The notes: generated from the sequence alone by a model not told the origin. Shown: positions 50,641 to 63,574, numbered from the stretch's first letter. The stretch is 64,000 bases of DNA from Pristiophorus japonicus (GCF_044704955.1 NC_091984.1:144708001-144772000); one strand, 5' to 3'. Numbers and translations: made by a program.

Positions 50641-53600
50641 TCTTGCTACAGGTGTGGTGCCGGAGGACTGGAGGACTGCTAATGTTGTACCTTTGTTTAA
50701 AAAGGGAGAAAGGGATAGACCGAGTAATTACAGGCATGTCAGTCTAACCTCAGTGGTGGGTAAATTATTGGAAAAAATCCTGAGGAACAGGATAAATCTT
50801 CATTTAACAAGACACGGATTAATCAAGGACAGTCAGCATGGATTTGTTAAGGGAAGATCGTGTCTGAATAAAGTGAATTTTTTGAGGAGGTAACCAGGAG
50901 GATTGATGAGGGCAGTGCATATGATGTAGTGTGTATGGATTTTAACAAGGCTTTTGATAAGGTCCCACATGGCAGACTGCTCATGAGAGTAAAAGCCCAT
51001 GGGTTTCAGGGCAAAGTGGCAAGTTGGATCCAAAATTGGTTCAAAGGCAGGAAGCAAAGGGTAATAGTTAACGGGTGTTTTTGTGACTGGAAGGCTGTTT
51101 CCAGTGGTGTTCCGCAGGGCTCAGTACTAGGTCCCTTGCTTTTTGTGGTATATATCAATGACTTGGACTTGAATGTAAGGGGCATGATCAAGAATTTTGC
51201 AATTGAAACTAAAATTGGCCGTGTGGTTGATAATGAAGAAGAAAGCTGTAGACTGGAGGAAGATATCAATGAAATGGTCAGGTGGGCAGAACAGTGGCAA
51301 ATGGAATTCAATCCGGAGTAGTGTGAGGTAATGCATTTGGGGAGGGCTAACAAGGCAAGGGAATACACATTAACTGGTATGACACTGAAAATTGCAGAGA
51401 AACAAAGGGACCTTGGAGTACAGGTCCACAGATCCCTGATGGTAGCAGGTCAGGAAGGTAAGATGGTTAAGAAGGCATATGGAATACTTGCCTTTATTAG
51501 ACGAGGCATGAATACAAGAGCAAGGACATTATGCTTGAACTGTATAAAACACTGGTTAGGCCACAGCAGGAGTACTGCGTGCAGTTCTGGTCACCACATT
51601 ACATTACAAGAAAGATGTGATTGCACTGGAAAGGGTGCAGAGGATGCAGAGGTTACAGGGCTACGGACAGAGAGCTGGAAAGTGGGATGAGGCTGGATAG
51701 CTCTTGGTTTGCCGGTGTAGGCCGAAACGGATTCCCTCCGTGCTGTGAATTTCTATGATTCTATCATGGACAGATGCATCTACAATAGGCAGATTGTTGA
51801 GGACGAGGTCAAGTAGGTTTTTCCTCGTGTTGGTTCTCTCCCCACCTGCTCTGGGCCCAGTCTGGCAGATATGTCATAGAATCATAGAATCACAGAGGTT
51901 TACAGCACAGAAGGAGGCCATTTCAGACCATCATATCCGCGCCACCCAACAAAGAGCTACCCAGCCTAATCCCACTTTCCAGCTCTGGGTCCATAGCCCT
52001 GCAGGTTACGGAACTTCAAGTGCACATCCAAGTACTTTTTAAATGTGGTGAGGGTTTCTGCCTCTACTAATGAAGGACCTAATATTCCAGGTCCTGACCT
52101 ACATCCTGAAGGGTGGAAGATGCTTGTGCGTGGATTTTTTTTAACATGTGGTGACCGTTGCACACCAGCCTTCACATGGGCTCGACAGAGCTAGGTCTTG
52201 GTCCAGTGGCAAGGATTAACCAGGACGACTGGAGACCTGCTCTGCTGTACGGACCGAGTGTGCACACATATCGCAGTGTGGGCTGGCCCGTGCTACCCCT
52301 GGGCCCCTGGCCACACCCCCACGACCCTCTGGGTGAAGAAATTTCCCCTCAAGTCCCCTCTAATCACTTTAAATCTATGCCCCCTGATTGTTGAACTGGA
52401 GGAGGAAATTCAGAAACTCCAACCCTGAGTTCAAGCACAGACCATTGCTTCCTTGACTATGAATTGAAGCATAATTAAAGTTACATGCTCTGTTGAAGAT
52501 TTTGTTCATGGGAATAAAACTTATTTTATTGTAGGAGAGAGCAATTTCAGGTAATATTTTTGTGCCTGGCTAACAGAAATAGGTCCATCCTACCAACTCT
52601 TTCCAGGCCCCTCATAATTTTATACACCGCAATCAGGTCTCCCCTCAGCCTCCTCTGTCCAAAGAAAACAAACCCAGCCTATCCCATCGTTCCTCATAGT
52701 TAAAATTCTCCAGTCCAGGCAACATCCTCATATATCCTCTCTACCCTCGGTTTAACGTCTCGTCCGAAGAAATCGTACTGTTAATGAAACACTGAAGGCA
52801 AGAACTTTGAAGTGGTGGGAATACTCAATGTATCAAGACAGGAATATTGTAAACATTGATTGTGACATCATGCACTCACAACCTCCCCATAGTATGCACA
52901 ATGTGAGCACCAGACCCGAGGACAGAACCCAAGGAGATGTGCCCAGCACCAATCCAGGACAATGATCAATGTAAAGCCAAAGCTGAATGTTATCAGGGCT
53001 GCTTTGCCGATGATTGCCCTGTGATCGCGGGCACCAGCAGCACACACACCTCTTGTGGGTACAGTCGTGTTGTGGTTATGTTGCTGCAGAGCACTCCACA
53101 GGCCTGCACTAATAATCCCCACAATCTCACCATGGCCCTTTGACTATTTCAATTCAGCTCTTTTTTAAATGCTGGAAATAAAAAGCTGGTCTCAGTAAAA
53201 GTGACCACAAAGCTGTCAAATTGTCACAAAAGCCCAATTGGTTCAGTGACATCCTTTAGGGAAGGAAACCTGCCGTTCTTGCCACATAAAAGTTTACTGC
53301 CCAAGGTTACTGCTCACGGGGTTGGGGGTAATATATTAGCATGGATAGAGGATTGGCTAACTAACAGCAAACAGAGAGTCGGGATAAATGGGTCATTTTC
53401 AGGTTGGCAAACTGTAATTAGTGGGGTGCCGCAGGGATCAGTGCTGGGGTCTCAACTATTTACAACCTATATTCATGACTTGAATGAAGGGACCGAGTGT
53501 ATATGTAACCAAATTTGCTGATGTACAAAGATAGGTGAGAAAGCAAGTTGTGAGGAAGACACAAAGATTCTGCAAATGGATATAGACAGGCTGAGTGAGT

Positions 53601-54320
53601 GGACAAAGATTTGGCAGATGGAGTATAATGTTGGAAAATGTGAAGTTATCCACTTTGGTAGGAAAAATAAAAATTATTATTTAAATGGGGAGAGATTACA
53701 AAATGCTGTGGTACAGTTCATTGATATCTTCCTGCAGTCTACAGCTTTCTTCTTCATTGTCAACCATAGCCGAGTTTAGTATCATCTGCAAACTTAGTAT
53801 CATCTGTAATCATTCTCCCTACATTCAAGTCTAAATCATTGATATATAGCACAAAAAGCCAGGGACCCAGCACTGATCCCTGCTGAGCCCCACTGGAAAC
53901 AGCCTGCCAATCACAAAAACACCCATCAACCATTACCCTCTGCTTCCTGCCTCTGAACCAATTTTGGATCCAACTTGTCACTTTGTCCTGGATCCCATGG
54001 GCTTTTACTTTTGTGACCAGTCTGCTGTGTGGGACCTTCTCAAAAGCCTTGTTAAAATCCAAATACACTGCATCATATGCACTGCCCTCATCGATCCTCC
54101 TGGTTATCTCCTCAAAAAATTCAATCAAGTTATTCAGACACGACCTTCCCTTAACAAATCCATGCTGACTATCCTTGATTAATCCATGTTTTGTTAAATG
54201 GAGATTCCTCCTATCCCACCCCCGAGGTTAGGCTGACTGACCTGCAGTGACTCGATCTATCCCTTGCTCCCTTTTTAAACAAAGGTACCACGTTTGCAGT
54301 CCTCCAGTCCTCCGGTACCT
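50640..54320. mobile_element. CR1 fragments (+ 50640-51765, + 53300-53715, - 53717-54320) and other small repeats
   Basis: CR1 RT motifs in ORFs 50654-51690, 53201-53779 and 53760-54128. Confidence 0.8.
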
Positions 54321-54794
54321 GGGATTGCAATGTCAGCATCGCCCCTCTCGGCCAGCTCGGTCAGTAGTGGTGCTACCGAGAAACTCTTGGTGATGGACAG
54401 TGAAGTCCCCCACCCAGAGTACATTCTGTGCCCTTGCTACTCTGCGTGCTTCTTCCAAGTGGTGTTCAACATGGAGGAGTATTAATTCATCAGCTGAGGG
54501 AGGGCGGGAGGTGGTCATCAACAGGAGGTTTCATTGCCCGTGTTTGACCTGATGCCATGAGACTTCATGGGGTACGGAGTCAATGTTGAGGACTCCCAGG
54601 GCCACTCCCTCCCGACTGTATACCACTGAGCTGCCACCTCGGGTGATGGAGGAGTCTGGGACATTGGCTGAAAGGTCTGATTCTGTGAGTAGGACTATGT
54701 CAGGCTGGTACTTGACTAGTCTGTGGGGCAGCTCTCCCACTTTTGACACAAGTCCCCAGATGTTGGTGAGGAGGACGTTGCAAGGTCAGCACTG

Positions 54795-55025
54795 AGCCTG
54801 GGTCCGCTGTCCTAGCCGGTCCGAGCTGCTGTTATTCTGCCTGATTGGATGGTTATTATTAGATGCTCAGACCACAGCAGAAATCCCCCGTGCAAAAAAT
54901 AACTGAAGAGACTGACAGATCGGAAGAATGAAACTTCACCCACAGAGGAAGTGAAAGAGGGAGGTTGTCACAGCTGTACGTTTGTTAATGACACGGGAGA
55001 AAACTGTGAACCGCGCTCACAGCCT
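54795..55025 (+). promoter_or_regulatory. Putative B-cell enhancer-like element, copy 2 (inverted paralog of copy 1)
   Basis: ACCACA 54871-54876, AGAAATCCCC 54879-54888, EICE GGAAGTGAAA 54947-54956, CAGCTG 54971-54976. Confidence 0.5.
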
Positions 55026-55644
55026 AGAATCTTACAGCACAGAAGGAGGCCATTCGGCCCATCGTGCCTGTGCCTGCTCTTTGAAAGAATTACCCAATTA
55101 GTCCCACTCCACCTCACTTTCCCCGTAACCCAGCAAATTATTCCTTTTCAAGTATATATCCAATTCCCTCTTGCAGACCTGGGCCCTCAGCATTAGACTG
55201 CCCCTAACCTGGGCACAACATTGGCATCTCATTCATTCACTGGGACAGGAAATGCCTGGTGTGGGAAATGGAGTCCAGGGCTCTGAACATTCCCTCTCCT
55301 CTCCTGAGGAAGGCTTCATGCTGGGGTCCAGTTCCATGGGCCCCGACAGCACATTCCGACCTCACCTACTTCCTCATTCCACGTGTGTAAGCCTGGACCC
55401 TATCACCAGGATATCTGACTGCAGGAGGCCTCACCACTGTGTCCAGCACTGTCCTCACCCAAAATCCACACACAGTCTGCATTGATCTGGGGCCTTTAAC
55501 GTGCCAAAGGTCACAAGACACTTCACATCGCTGCTGTAAGAACGTGGGGAGCGGGGGTTCGGGGGGCTTTAGGAAGGGTGATTGAAGGCCTGGGTGAAAG
55601 GATGGCGTTAGATGGAGGAGAGAGAGCTGGAGAGGGGGAGGGAT

Positions 55645-58100
55645 TAGAACATAAGAAATAGCAGGAGTAGGCCTACGGCCCCTCGAGCCTGCTCCGCCTT
55701 TTAATATGATCATGGCTGATCCGATCATGGACTCAGGTCCACTTCCCTGCTTGCTCTCCATAACTCCTTATTCCCTTATCGGTTAAGAAACTGTCTATTT
55801 CTGTCTTAAATTTATTCAATGACCCATCTTCCACAACTCTCTGAGGCAGCGAATTCCACAGATTTACAACCCTGAGAAGAAATTCCTCCACATTTCAGTT
55901 TTAAATGGGCGGCCCCTTATTCTAAGATTATGCCTCCTAGTTCTTGTCTCCCCTATCAGTGGAAACAGCCTCTGCATCCATCTTGTCAAGCACCCTCATA
56001 ATCTTACATGTTTCGATAAGATCACCTTTCATTCTTCTGATTTCCATTCAGTATAGGCCCAACCTACTCAACCTTTCCTCATAAGTCATTGCCCTCATCT
56101 ACAGAATCAACCTAGTGAACCTTCTCTGAATGCCTCCAAAGCAAGTGTATCCTTTCTTAAATATGGAAACCAAAACTGCACGCAGTATTCCAGCTGTGGC
56201 TTCACCAATATAACTCTAGCAAGCACTTCCTTGCATTTATACTCTATCCCCTTTGCAATAAAGGCCAAGATTGCATTGGCCTTCCTGATCACTTGCTGAA
56301 CCTGCATAATAACCTTTTGTGTTTCATGCACCAGGACCCCCAGTTCCCACTGCACTGAAACACTTTGTTATTTTTCTCCATTTAAATAATAACTTGCTCT
56401 TTGATTTTTTTCTGACAAAGTTTATAACCTCACACTTTCCAACATTATATTCTATCTCCCAAATTTTTGCCCATTCACTTAGCCTGTCGATGTCCTTTTG
56501 CAGGTTTTTTGTTTCCTCCTCATACCTTGTGTTTACTCCTTTCTTTATATTGTCAGCAAACTTGACGACATTACACTCGGTCCCTTCTTCCAAGTCGTTG
56601 ATATAGATTGTAAATAATTGGGGTCCCAGCACTGATTCCTGCAGCATCCCACTAGTGACTGATTGCCAACCCGAGAATGAACCATTTATCACGACTCTGT
56701 TTTCTGTTAGTTAGCCAATCCTCTATCCATGTTTATATATTACCCCCAACTCCGTGAACTTTTATCCTGTGCCTTTAATGTGGCACCTTATTGAATGCCT
56801 TCTGGAAATCCAAATACACCACATCCACTGGTTCCCCTTTATCCACCCTGCTCATTACATCCTCAAAGAATTCCAGCAAATTTGTCAAACATGACTTCCC
56901 CTTCATAAATCCATTCTGACTCTGCCTGACTGAATTATGATTTTCCAAATGTCCTGCTACTATTTCTTTAATATTTTCCCAATTGTTCTATAGTTTCCTG
57001 TTTTTTGTCTGCATCCTTTTTTTAATATGGGCATTACATTTGCAGTTTTCCAATCTGCTGGGATCTCCCCAGAATCCAGGGAATTTCGGTAAATTACAAC
57101 CAATGCGTCCACTATCCCTGTCGTTACTTCTCTTAAGACCCGAGAATGCAAGCCATCAGGTCCAGTGGATTTATCCGCCTTTAGTCCCATTATCTTACTG
57201 AGAACCACCTCCTTAGTGATTGTGATTGTGTGAAGTTCCTCTCCCACCCCTCCCCATAGACCCCTGACAATGCACTGTTGGGCTATTTTTAGTGTCCTCT
57301 ACTGTAAAGATTGCTACAAAATATTTGCTCAGTGTTTCTGCCATCTCCATGTTCCCCATGTTCCCCATGACTAATTCCCCGGTCTCGTCCTCTAAGGGAC
57401 CAACATTTATTTTATCCGCTCTTTTCCTTTTTATATACCTGTAGAAACTCTTGCTATCTGTTTTTATATTTTGTGCTAGTTTACTTTCATCTTCCATTTC
57501 TTAATCATTTTTTTAGTCATTCTTTGCTGGATTTTAAAAGCTTCCCAGTCTTCTGTCCTCCTACTAATTTTGGCCACCTTGTATGCCCTTGTTTTTAAAT
57601 TGGATACCGTCTTTTATTTCTTTAGTTAGCCACGGATGGCTATCTTTTCTTTTACATCCTTTCCTCCTCACTGGAATATATTTTTCTTGAGAGTGATTAA
57701 ATATCTCCTCAAATGTACGTCACTGTTCATTAACCGTCCTACATTTTAATCTATTTTCCCAGTCCACTTTAACCAACTCTGCCCTCATACTTTTGTAGTC
57801 TCCTTTATTTAATCTTAGTATACTAGTTTGAGATTCAACTTTCTCGCCCTCGATCTAAATTTGAAATTCAACCATGATATGGTCACTCATTCCAAGGGGA
57901 TCGTTTACTGGGAGATTGTTATTAATCCTGTCTCATTGCACAAGACCAGATCTAAGATAGCCTGCCCCCGGTTAGTTTCTTTACATACTGTACAAGGAAC
58001 CCGTCCCTTATGCACTCTATCAACTCTTCTTCAAGGCTACCCTGACCAATTTGATTTGTCCAATCAATGTGTAGGTTAAAATCACCCACTACAATCATAC
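55645..58100 (-). mobile_element. CR1 LINE ORF2, decayed
   Basis: ORFs 56107-58209 with VGDFNL, KSTGPDG, KFADN; tail AGAACATAAGAAATAG at ~55646. Confidence 0.9.
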
Positions 58101-58802
58101 CATGAGAACTTCCAGCGCGAGCTGCTCCAAGTGAGCGATGGCTTCGAGGTGGGTGATTGGGTGATGTCATCAGGACCCAGGTCGGCATTTGGAGCGTGGG
58201 CAGGAACATCGGCGGACCCAGGTAAAGCAGAGGAGTGGGAAGGTCGCGGGGAGGAGTGGTGAGTGATCGAGGTGGAGGAGCGATGAGGGATTGTGGCTGA
58301 GATTCGGTTGGTGATCGTGGCGGAAGTCCGGCAAATGTTTGGTGCGGAGCTACGGCGGGAGATCGTGGTGGAGGTCAGGCGACTGTTTAGTTGCAGAGGT
58401 GCGGTGAGAGATCGTGGCGGAGGTGTGGCGAATGTTGGTGGCGGAGGAGCGGTGAGGGATCGTGGTGGAGGTGCGGCAAATGAGGGTTCGGGGCCCAAAA
58501 GAGCCGAGGGCCCAGGGGCAGCACGGGCCAGCCCACACTGCGATATGTAAGCGCACTGGGTCCGTGCAGAGCAGGCCTCCAGTCATCCGGGTTAATCTTT
58601 GCCACTGGATAAAGGCCTAGCTCTGTCAAGCCCGTGTGGTGGCTGATGTGCAACGGTCACACATGTTAAAAAAAATCCACGCACAGGCATCTTCCAGCCC
58701 CTCAATTGGAGTTCAGGATCATCGGGTCCTTCATTGAAACATCTGTGAACTCATTTGGAAGCAAGTCATCCTCGTTCGAGGGACCGCCAATGATGATGAT
58801 GA
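58100..58802 (+). mobile_element. RTE-tailed SINE-like repeat (second partial copy inverted at ~52090-52310)
   Basis: 3' end GGAAGCAAGTCATCCTCGTTCGAGGGACCGCC..(GAT)n resembles the RTE tail at 37513-37560; the body matches 52090-52310. Confidence 0.65.
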
Positions 58803-58989
58803 GTAGGTCAGTGAGGTCAGGGGCAGTAGGTCAGTGACGTGAGAGGTAGTAGGTCAGTGAGGTCAGGGGTAGTAGGTCAGTGAGGTCAGGGTTCATATTG
58901 GAGTGAGGCAGGGTACGGACACTGCATTTTGGAAAGTTGGGGTTTATGGAGAGCGGATGAAGGAAGCCAGGAGGGGACAACGAAATAAT

Positions 58990-59185
58990 TGAGTTTAGAG
59001 ATGAGACTGCACACAGGGAGGTTAAAGTAATAGTGACCTCAGTCTTTATCAAGACACTCCAGAGTGAGGAACAGGCCTTAGGGGCTGGCTTATATACAGT
59101 GCTCCCAAGGGATGCTGAGATCCCTTGGGACTTCAGGGGATGTGCTCCCTGGTGGCAGAACATGGGAGTGCATGCTTTACAGATA
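58990..59185 (-). repeat. Gypsy LTR remnant related to 9374-9601
   Basis: Shared GTGACCT..CTTTAT..CCAGAGTG..CTTATATAC.GT.CT.CCAAGGGATGCTG.GATCCCTTGGGACT. Confidence 0.7.
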
Positions 59186-59349
59186 GCCAAGCAGAGCCAA
59201 GCAGAGCCATGGGTTTCTTCCATCAAGGGGCTGATGTAGGGCGGAGATGGGCAACATTGGAGATGGAAATAAGAGGATGTGGCGTTCGAAGCTCAGTCTT
59301 TGGAGAACCAATAGGAAGGAGCCATGTTTCCTGGTCTCTAGTGGAGGAG

Positions 59350-60756
59350 CGGCACCCTTCAGTGAGAAAACCAAGGCCTGTCTGAGGGCAGGTATTGTGA
59401 CGGTCAGAGGTCCATTTTGTGGAAGGAGGAAAGGTCAGAGAGACCACAGACATTGTGCTCACCATGGACTCCGCCGCTGAGTGGGGTCAGCGGCCGGAAG
59501 GAGGCCCAAGCGTCGCCGGGGGCGAGGGAGGCACGAGTGTCACCCGGGGGGGGGGGCGGGGGGAGGGATGGAGGCCCGAGCATCGCCGGGAGGTGAGGGA
59601 GGGAGGGAGGGAGGGAGGCCCGTACTTTAGGATGAGGAGTGAAGGTTGGGCCCAAACCTGTGGATGGGGCGGGTCGGAGGCTCACAGTCGTTGAGTTCGC
59701 CGGGATAGGTTGGAGCAGCTGAGTCGGCCAATGGGGAGTGAGCAGCGAGGGTCCAGCTGGAGGGACATGGCAGCAGGCAGGTCGACCTGGAAGGTAGGCC
59801 GAGGATGGGCGATGGGTAGTGGGACCTTGCGTACGGGATTTTAGGGATTTAGGGGTAGGTAAAATACTTACACCGCAGTCAATCCACCTACGGCCCAAGC
59901 ACCCAAGGCCCCACCCCACTGCTGGCCAAGAACGAGGAGACACCCATCAAGGACACTGAGGCAGTCAGAACCTGCTGGAAGGAACACTTTGAAGATCTCC
60001 TTAATCGAGAATCTGCCTTAGATCTGAGTTTCCTCGACTCCATCCCGCAGCATGCTACCCATCACCTTCTCAGTAAAACCCCAGCCCTGCACGAGGTTGA
60101 AAAGGCCATCCATCGGCTGAAGAACAACAAGGCATCGGGGACGGATGGAATCCCCGATGAGGCATTAATGTATGGCAGAGCATCACTATTGACATGAATG
60201 CATGACCTCATCTCTCTCATCTGGAGGGAGGAGAGCATGCCGGGAGATCGCAGAGATGCAGTAATCGTGATCCATCTTTAAAAAAGGGGACAAGTTCGAC
60301 TGCGGCAACAGTAGAGGAATCTCCCTGTTATCAGCCACTGGGAAAGTCATCGCTAGAATCCTCCTCAACAGTCTTCTCCCTGTGGCTGAGGAGCTCCTGC
60401 CGGAGTCACAATGCGGATTCCGTCCACTACGGGGTACAACGGACATGATATTTACGGCGCGACAACTGCAAGAGAAAAGCAGCGAACAGCACCAACCCTT
60501 GTCCATGGCCGCCTTTGACCTTACAATGGCCTTTGACACTGTTAACCGCGAGGGTCTGTGGACCGTCCTCCTCCATTTCGGCTGCCCCCAAAAGTTTGTC
60601 CCCATTCTCAGCCTGCACCACGACGACATGCAAGCCATGGTCCTAACCAATGGATCCATCATAGACGCAATCCACATTCGGACCGGAGTCAAGCAGGGCT
60701 GCATCAACGCACAAACCCTATTCTCGATCTTCCTGACGACAATGCTCCACCTCACA
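59350..60756 (+). mobile_element. RTE-clade LINE fragment
   Basis: LLPESQCGFRP.RGTTDMIF..QLQEK..FDTVNREGLW..GVKQGC (60382-60774); the 5' part of the span is less certain. Confidence 0.8.
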
Positions 60757-61139
60757 CTATTGGAGAACCAATAGGAAGGAGCCATGTTTCCTGGTCCCTA
60801 TTGGAGGACCAATAGGAAAGAGCCTTGTTTCTTGGTCCCTATTTGGGGATCAACAGGAAGGAGCCATGTTTCCTGGTTCCTATTGGGGGACCAATAGGAA
60901 GGTATCATGTTTCACGCGACCTATTCGAGGACCAATAGGAAGGAGCCATGTTTCCTGGGCCCTATTCGAGGACCAATAGGAAGGAACCATGGTTCCTGGT
61001 CCCTATTGGGGGACCAATAGGAACGATCGATGTTTCCTGGTCCCTATTGGGGGATCAAAAGGAAGGAGCCATGTTTCCTGGCCCCGATTGGAGGACCTAT
61101 AGGAAGGGGCTATGTTTTGTGTGCCCTATTGGAGAACCA
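60757..61139 (+). repeat. 41-bp tandem repeat, ~9.4 copies (one more unit at ~59299-59348)
   Basis: CTATTGGAGGACCAATAGGAAGGAGCCATGTTTCCTGGTCC at 60757, 60798, 60839 ... 61126. Confidence 0.93.
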
Positions 61140-61745
61140 GTGGGATGTGGAGTGTGCATCCTTCCTGTTGTAAATGTTGGATCGTTGGCACCTGATCCCA
61201 GCAAAAACCCCTGACCTGGAGCGGGGCCATGGAAGGGGAAAGGATTCGTAGGTGTTCTGAGCGGACAGGATGGGGCAGTGGGTCAGACCCTGTCCTGTCG
61301 CTCCAGCTCACACTGATGGGGTGAGGATCTCCTCCGTCTGATGGGCCTTCATGAAATCAGCTTTCTGTCCAAACTGGTCCCCACTGAGAAAAGGCCCTTA
61401 ATTGGGCAATAAACAGCTAGTGTACTGAGAGAGGCCAAGGGATGGCCACTGTGGGGAATGGGGCCTTACTCCAGGAGAATGCATGTTCCGGGGTCAAGTG
61501 TCAGCATCCATTGGTGGGGCAGGGCACAGGGAGGTTTACTCTGCATTTCAGTGTGCTGCACCGGGGAGTCTGTGGGGAAGGGAGAGTGACACAGAGAGTG
61601 AAACGGGGAGAGAGAGGCTATGAATCAGAGACAGAGAGGTGTCGAGGAAAGCTGTGAGACATAGGGCAATGAAGGCTGAAACAGAGAGAGAGAGAGAGGG
61701 TGGGAGAGGGAGTGGAACTGGGAAGGAGATGGAGGGAGAGAAGAA

Positions 61746-61842
61746 GAGGAAGTGAAATGTGCTGACGTGGCTTTCTCTGTGTGAAGACATTTACATACTG
61801 AGTGATGGGCAGTGAGACTCTCACAGGCTGCAGGTTTATAAA
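61746..61842 (+). promoter_or_regulatory. IgL V promoter
   Basis: EICE GGAAGTGAAA 61748-61757, CRE-like TGACGT 61763-61768, octamer variant ATTTACAT 61789-61796, TATAAA 61837-61842, ATG at 61902. Confidence 0.8.
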
Positions 61843-61901
61843 GCAGAGCCCAGTGAAGGGCAGTTTATCAGTAAGCAGGCACAGGGACAGGAGCAGACAC
61901 C

Positions 61902-61950
61902 ATGATTTCACCCATCCAGCTGATCTGGCCTCTGGCATTCTGCATCGCAG
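61902..61950 (+). CDS. IGKV: IgL V leader exon
   Basis: MISPIQLIWPLAFCIA(G), phase-1 donor GTACC at 61951. Confidence 0.93.
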
Positions 61951-62137
61951 GTACCAATCTCTCTCCTTCCACGTTTAATATCTCCCTGCTGTCGATTTCT
62001 GTCCAACTCGACTGACCAGTGATTGAAGGGCAAATGCTGACACTAGAGGAGAGCTCAGTGTCTCGAGCAATCTCTCATTTTACAGCGTCTTTCTGTGACA
62101 GTGCTTACTTCACTTTCTTTCCCCATTTCCCCCTCAG

Positions 62138-62439
62138 GTATCAGTGGGGACATCATCATGACCCAGTCACCCCCGGTGCTGTCAGTGAGTGAGGGACAGA
62201 CTGCAACCATCACCTGTACCGCCAGTGCATCCGTTAGCAGCAATTATGTTGCTTGGTACCAGCAGAAAGCCGGGCAGAAACCCACTCTGCTGATCTATGC
62301 AGCAACAACTCGTTTCACTGGAACCTCCGATCGCTTCACCGGCAGTTACCAGTCCAACACGTACACCCTGAGCATCAGCAAAGTGCAGAGCGAGGATGTC
62401 GCAGACTATTACTGTCAGCAACATAGCAGCTCCCCTCTA
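62138..62439 (+). CDS. IGKV: Immunoglobulin light-chain V exon, kappa type, germline configuration
   Basis: Acceptor CCCCTCAG; (G)[51 protein letters not shown] with no stops. Confidence 0.97.
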
Positions 62440-62467
62440 CACTGTGATACACAGCCGTACAAAAACC
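62440..62467 (+). other. 12-bp-spacer recombination signal sequence of V
   Basis: CACTGTG + ATACACAGCCGT (12) + ACAAAAACC. Confidence 0.95.
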
Positions 62468-62849
62468 TCAATATACACAGCCCCACCTCCTGTACTGACT
62501 CACCCCACAGTTATATATAATATATAATAATGGACACAAAGCCCCACCTCCTGTACGGTTTTACACATGACTGACACACAGCTCGATGGGAGTGACAGCA
62601 GGAATATTCAGCTGGAAGCTGCAGTGAATTGGGAAAGGATGGAGTGGGTCAGAGAGGATTTGGGGCTGTGTCTTCATCACTGAGAATCTCACAGCTCTAC
62701 TCTGTACATTCAGACAGCACGGAGACACTGGGTGTTCCCTGTGTCCTCAATACAAATAATCTCACAAACCCCCCCACTATTGAGAGGGCCACAACTTATA
62801 AAACCCAAAGCATAAACATGAAAGGATAGTGAACAAGTGAAATGGTCGT

Positions 62850-63300
62850 GCTCTTTCCCTGCCCACCCCACACTCCAGGCCCTGCGGTGCCCACCCGTCG
62901 CAGAAGGCCTCAGGCCTACCTGGGCTCCGTCCCCAGGTCCACCCGGGTGTGGACAAAGCCCCCGAAGGGAGACAGGCAGGCAGTGCGACCACCCCATGGG
63001 CCCCGTCCAACTGCGACCTGTGGATGGTCACCTCCGACCTGCCCACTCCACCCGCAGCGGGTGACTAGGCCCAGGAGCAGGCCCACGGGGAGGCCCTCCG
63101 ACCTGCCTACTCCCCCGGCACTGGGTGGCCAGGCCCAGGAGCAGGCCCACGGGGAGGCCCTCCGACCTGCCCACTCCCCCCGCACCGGGTGACCAGGCCC
63201 AGGAGCGTGGGACTGAAGTGGAGCCAGAAATCGAGGAGCAGCCCCTTCAAATAGTGGAAGAGGGGCTGCATCCTCTCACACTCCACGTACACACGGGTCA
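62850..63300 (-). mobile_element. Tx1-clade LINE 3' fragment within the V-J interval
   Basis: YVECERMQPLFHYLKGLLLDFWLHFSPTLL, GRSEGLPVGLLLGL, EAFCDGWAPQGLEC; internal ~65-bp tandem duplications. Confidence 0.72.
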
Positions 63301-63574
63301 CGGACTGAGGAAACAGGTTTCTAAAGCCCCTAAAACTCGTTATTTTATAATGATCCGCGAGGAAGGCCTGTGTCAGCAACACAAACATCTCACTTGCAGA
63401 CGGAGCCCGTTGTTCAAGGGGCACAAAGAGATGAGCCCTGTGTGACGGGGACTTTCATTCTCCAGCAATTCCGTGGCCCCAGGGTTACCGTCTGATGGGG
63501 CGGGAAGGGCAGCTGGGAGATTTGTCCCAAACACGTTGGATCTCCAACTCTCCCGGGCACTGCCACAGACAGCT

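Noticed and set aside
42640-58100. CR1 at 42640-44466 (+) and 55645-58100 (-) as arms of one large palindrome
   Set aside because: Their insertion points relative to the duplicated enhancer-like block differ, so they are more likely independent insertions of one family
60757-61139. Palindromic repeats resembling a CRISPR array
   Set aside because: Head-to-tail 41-bp tandem units with no unique spacers
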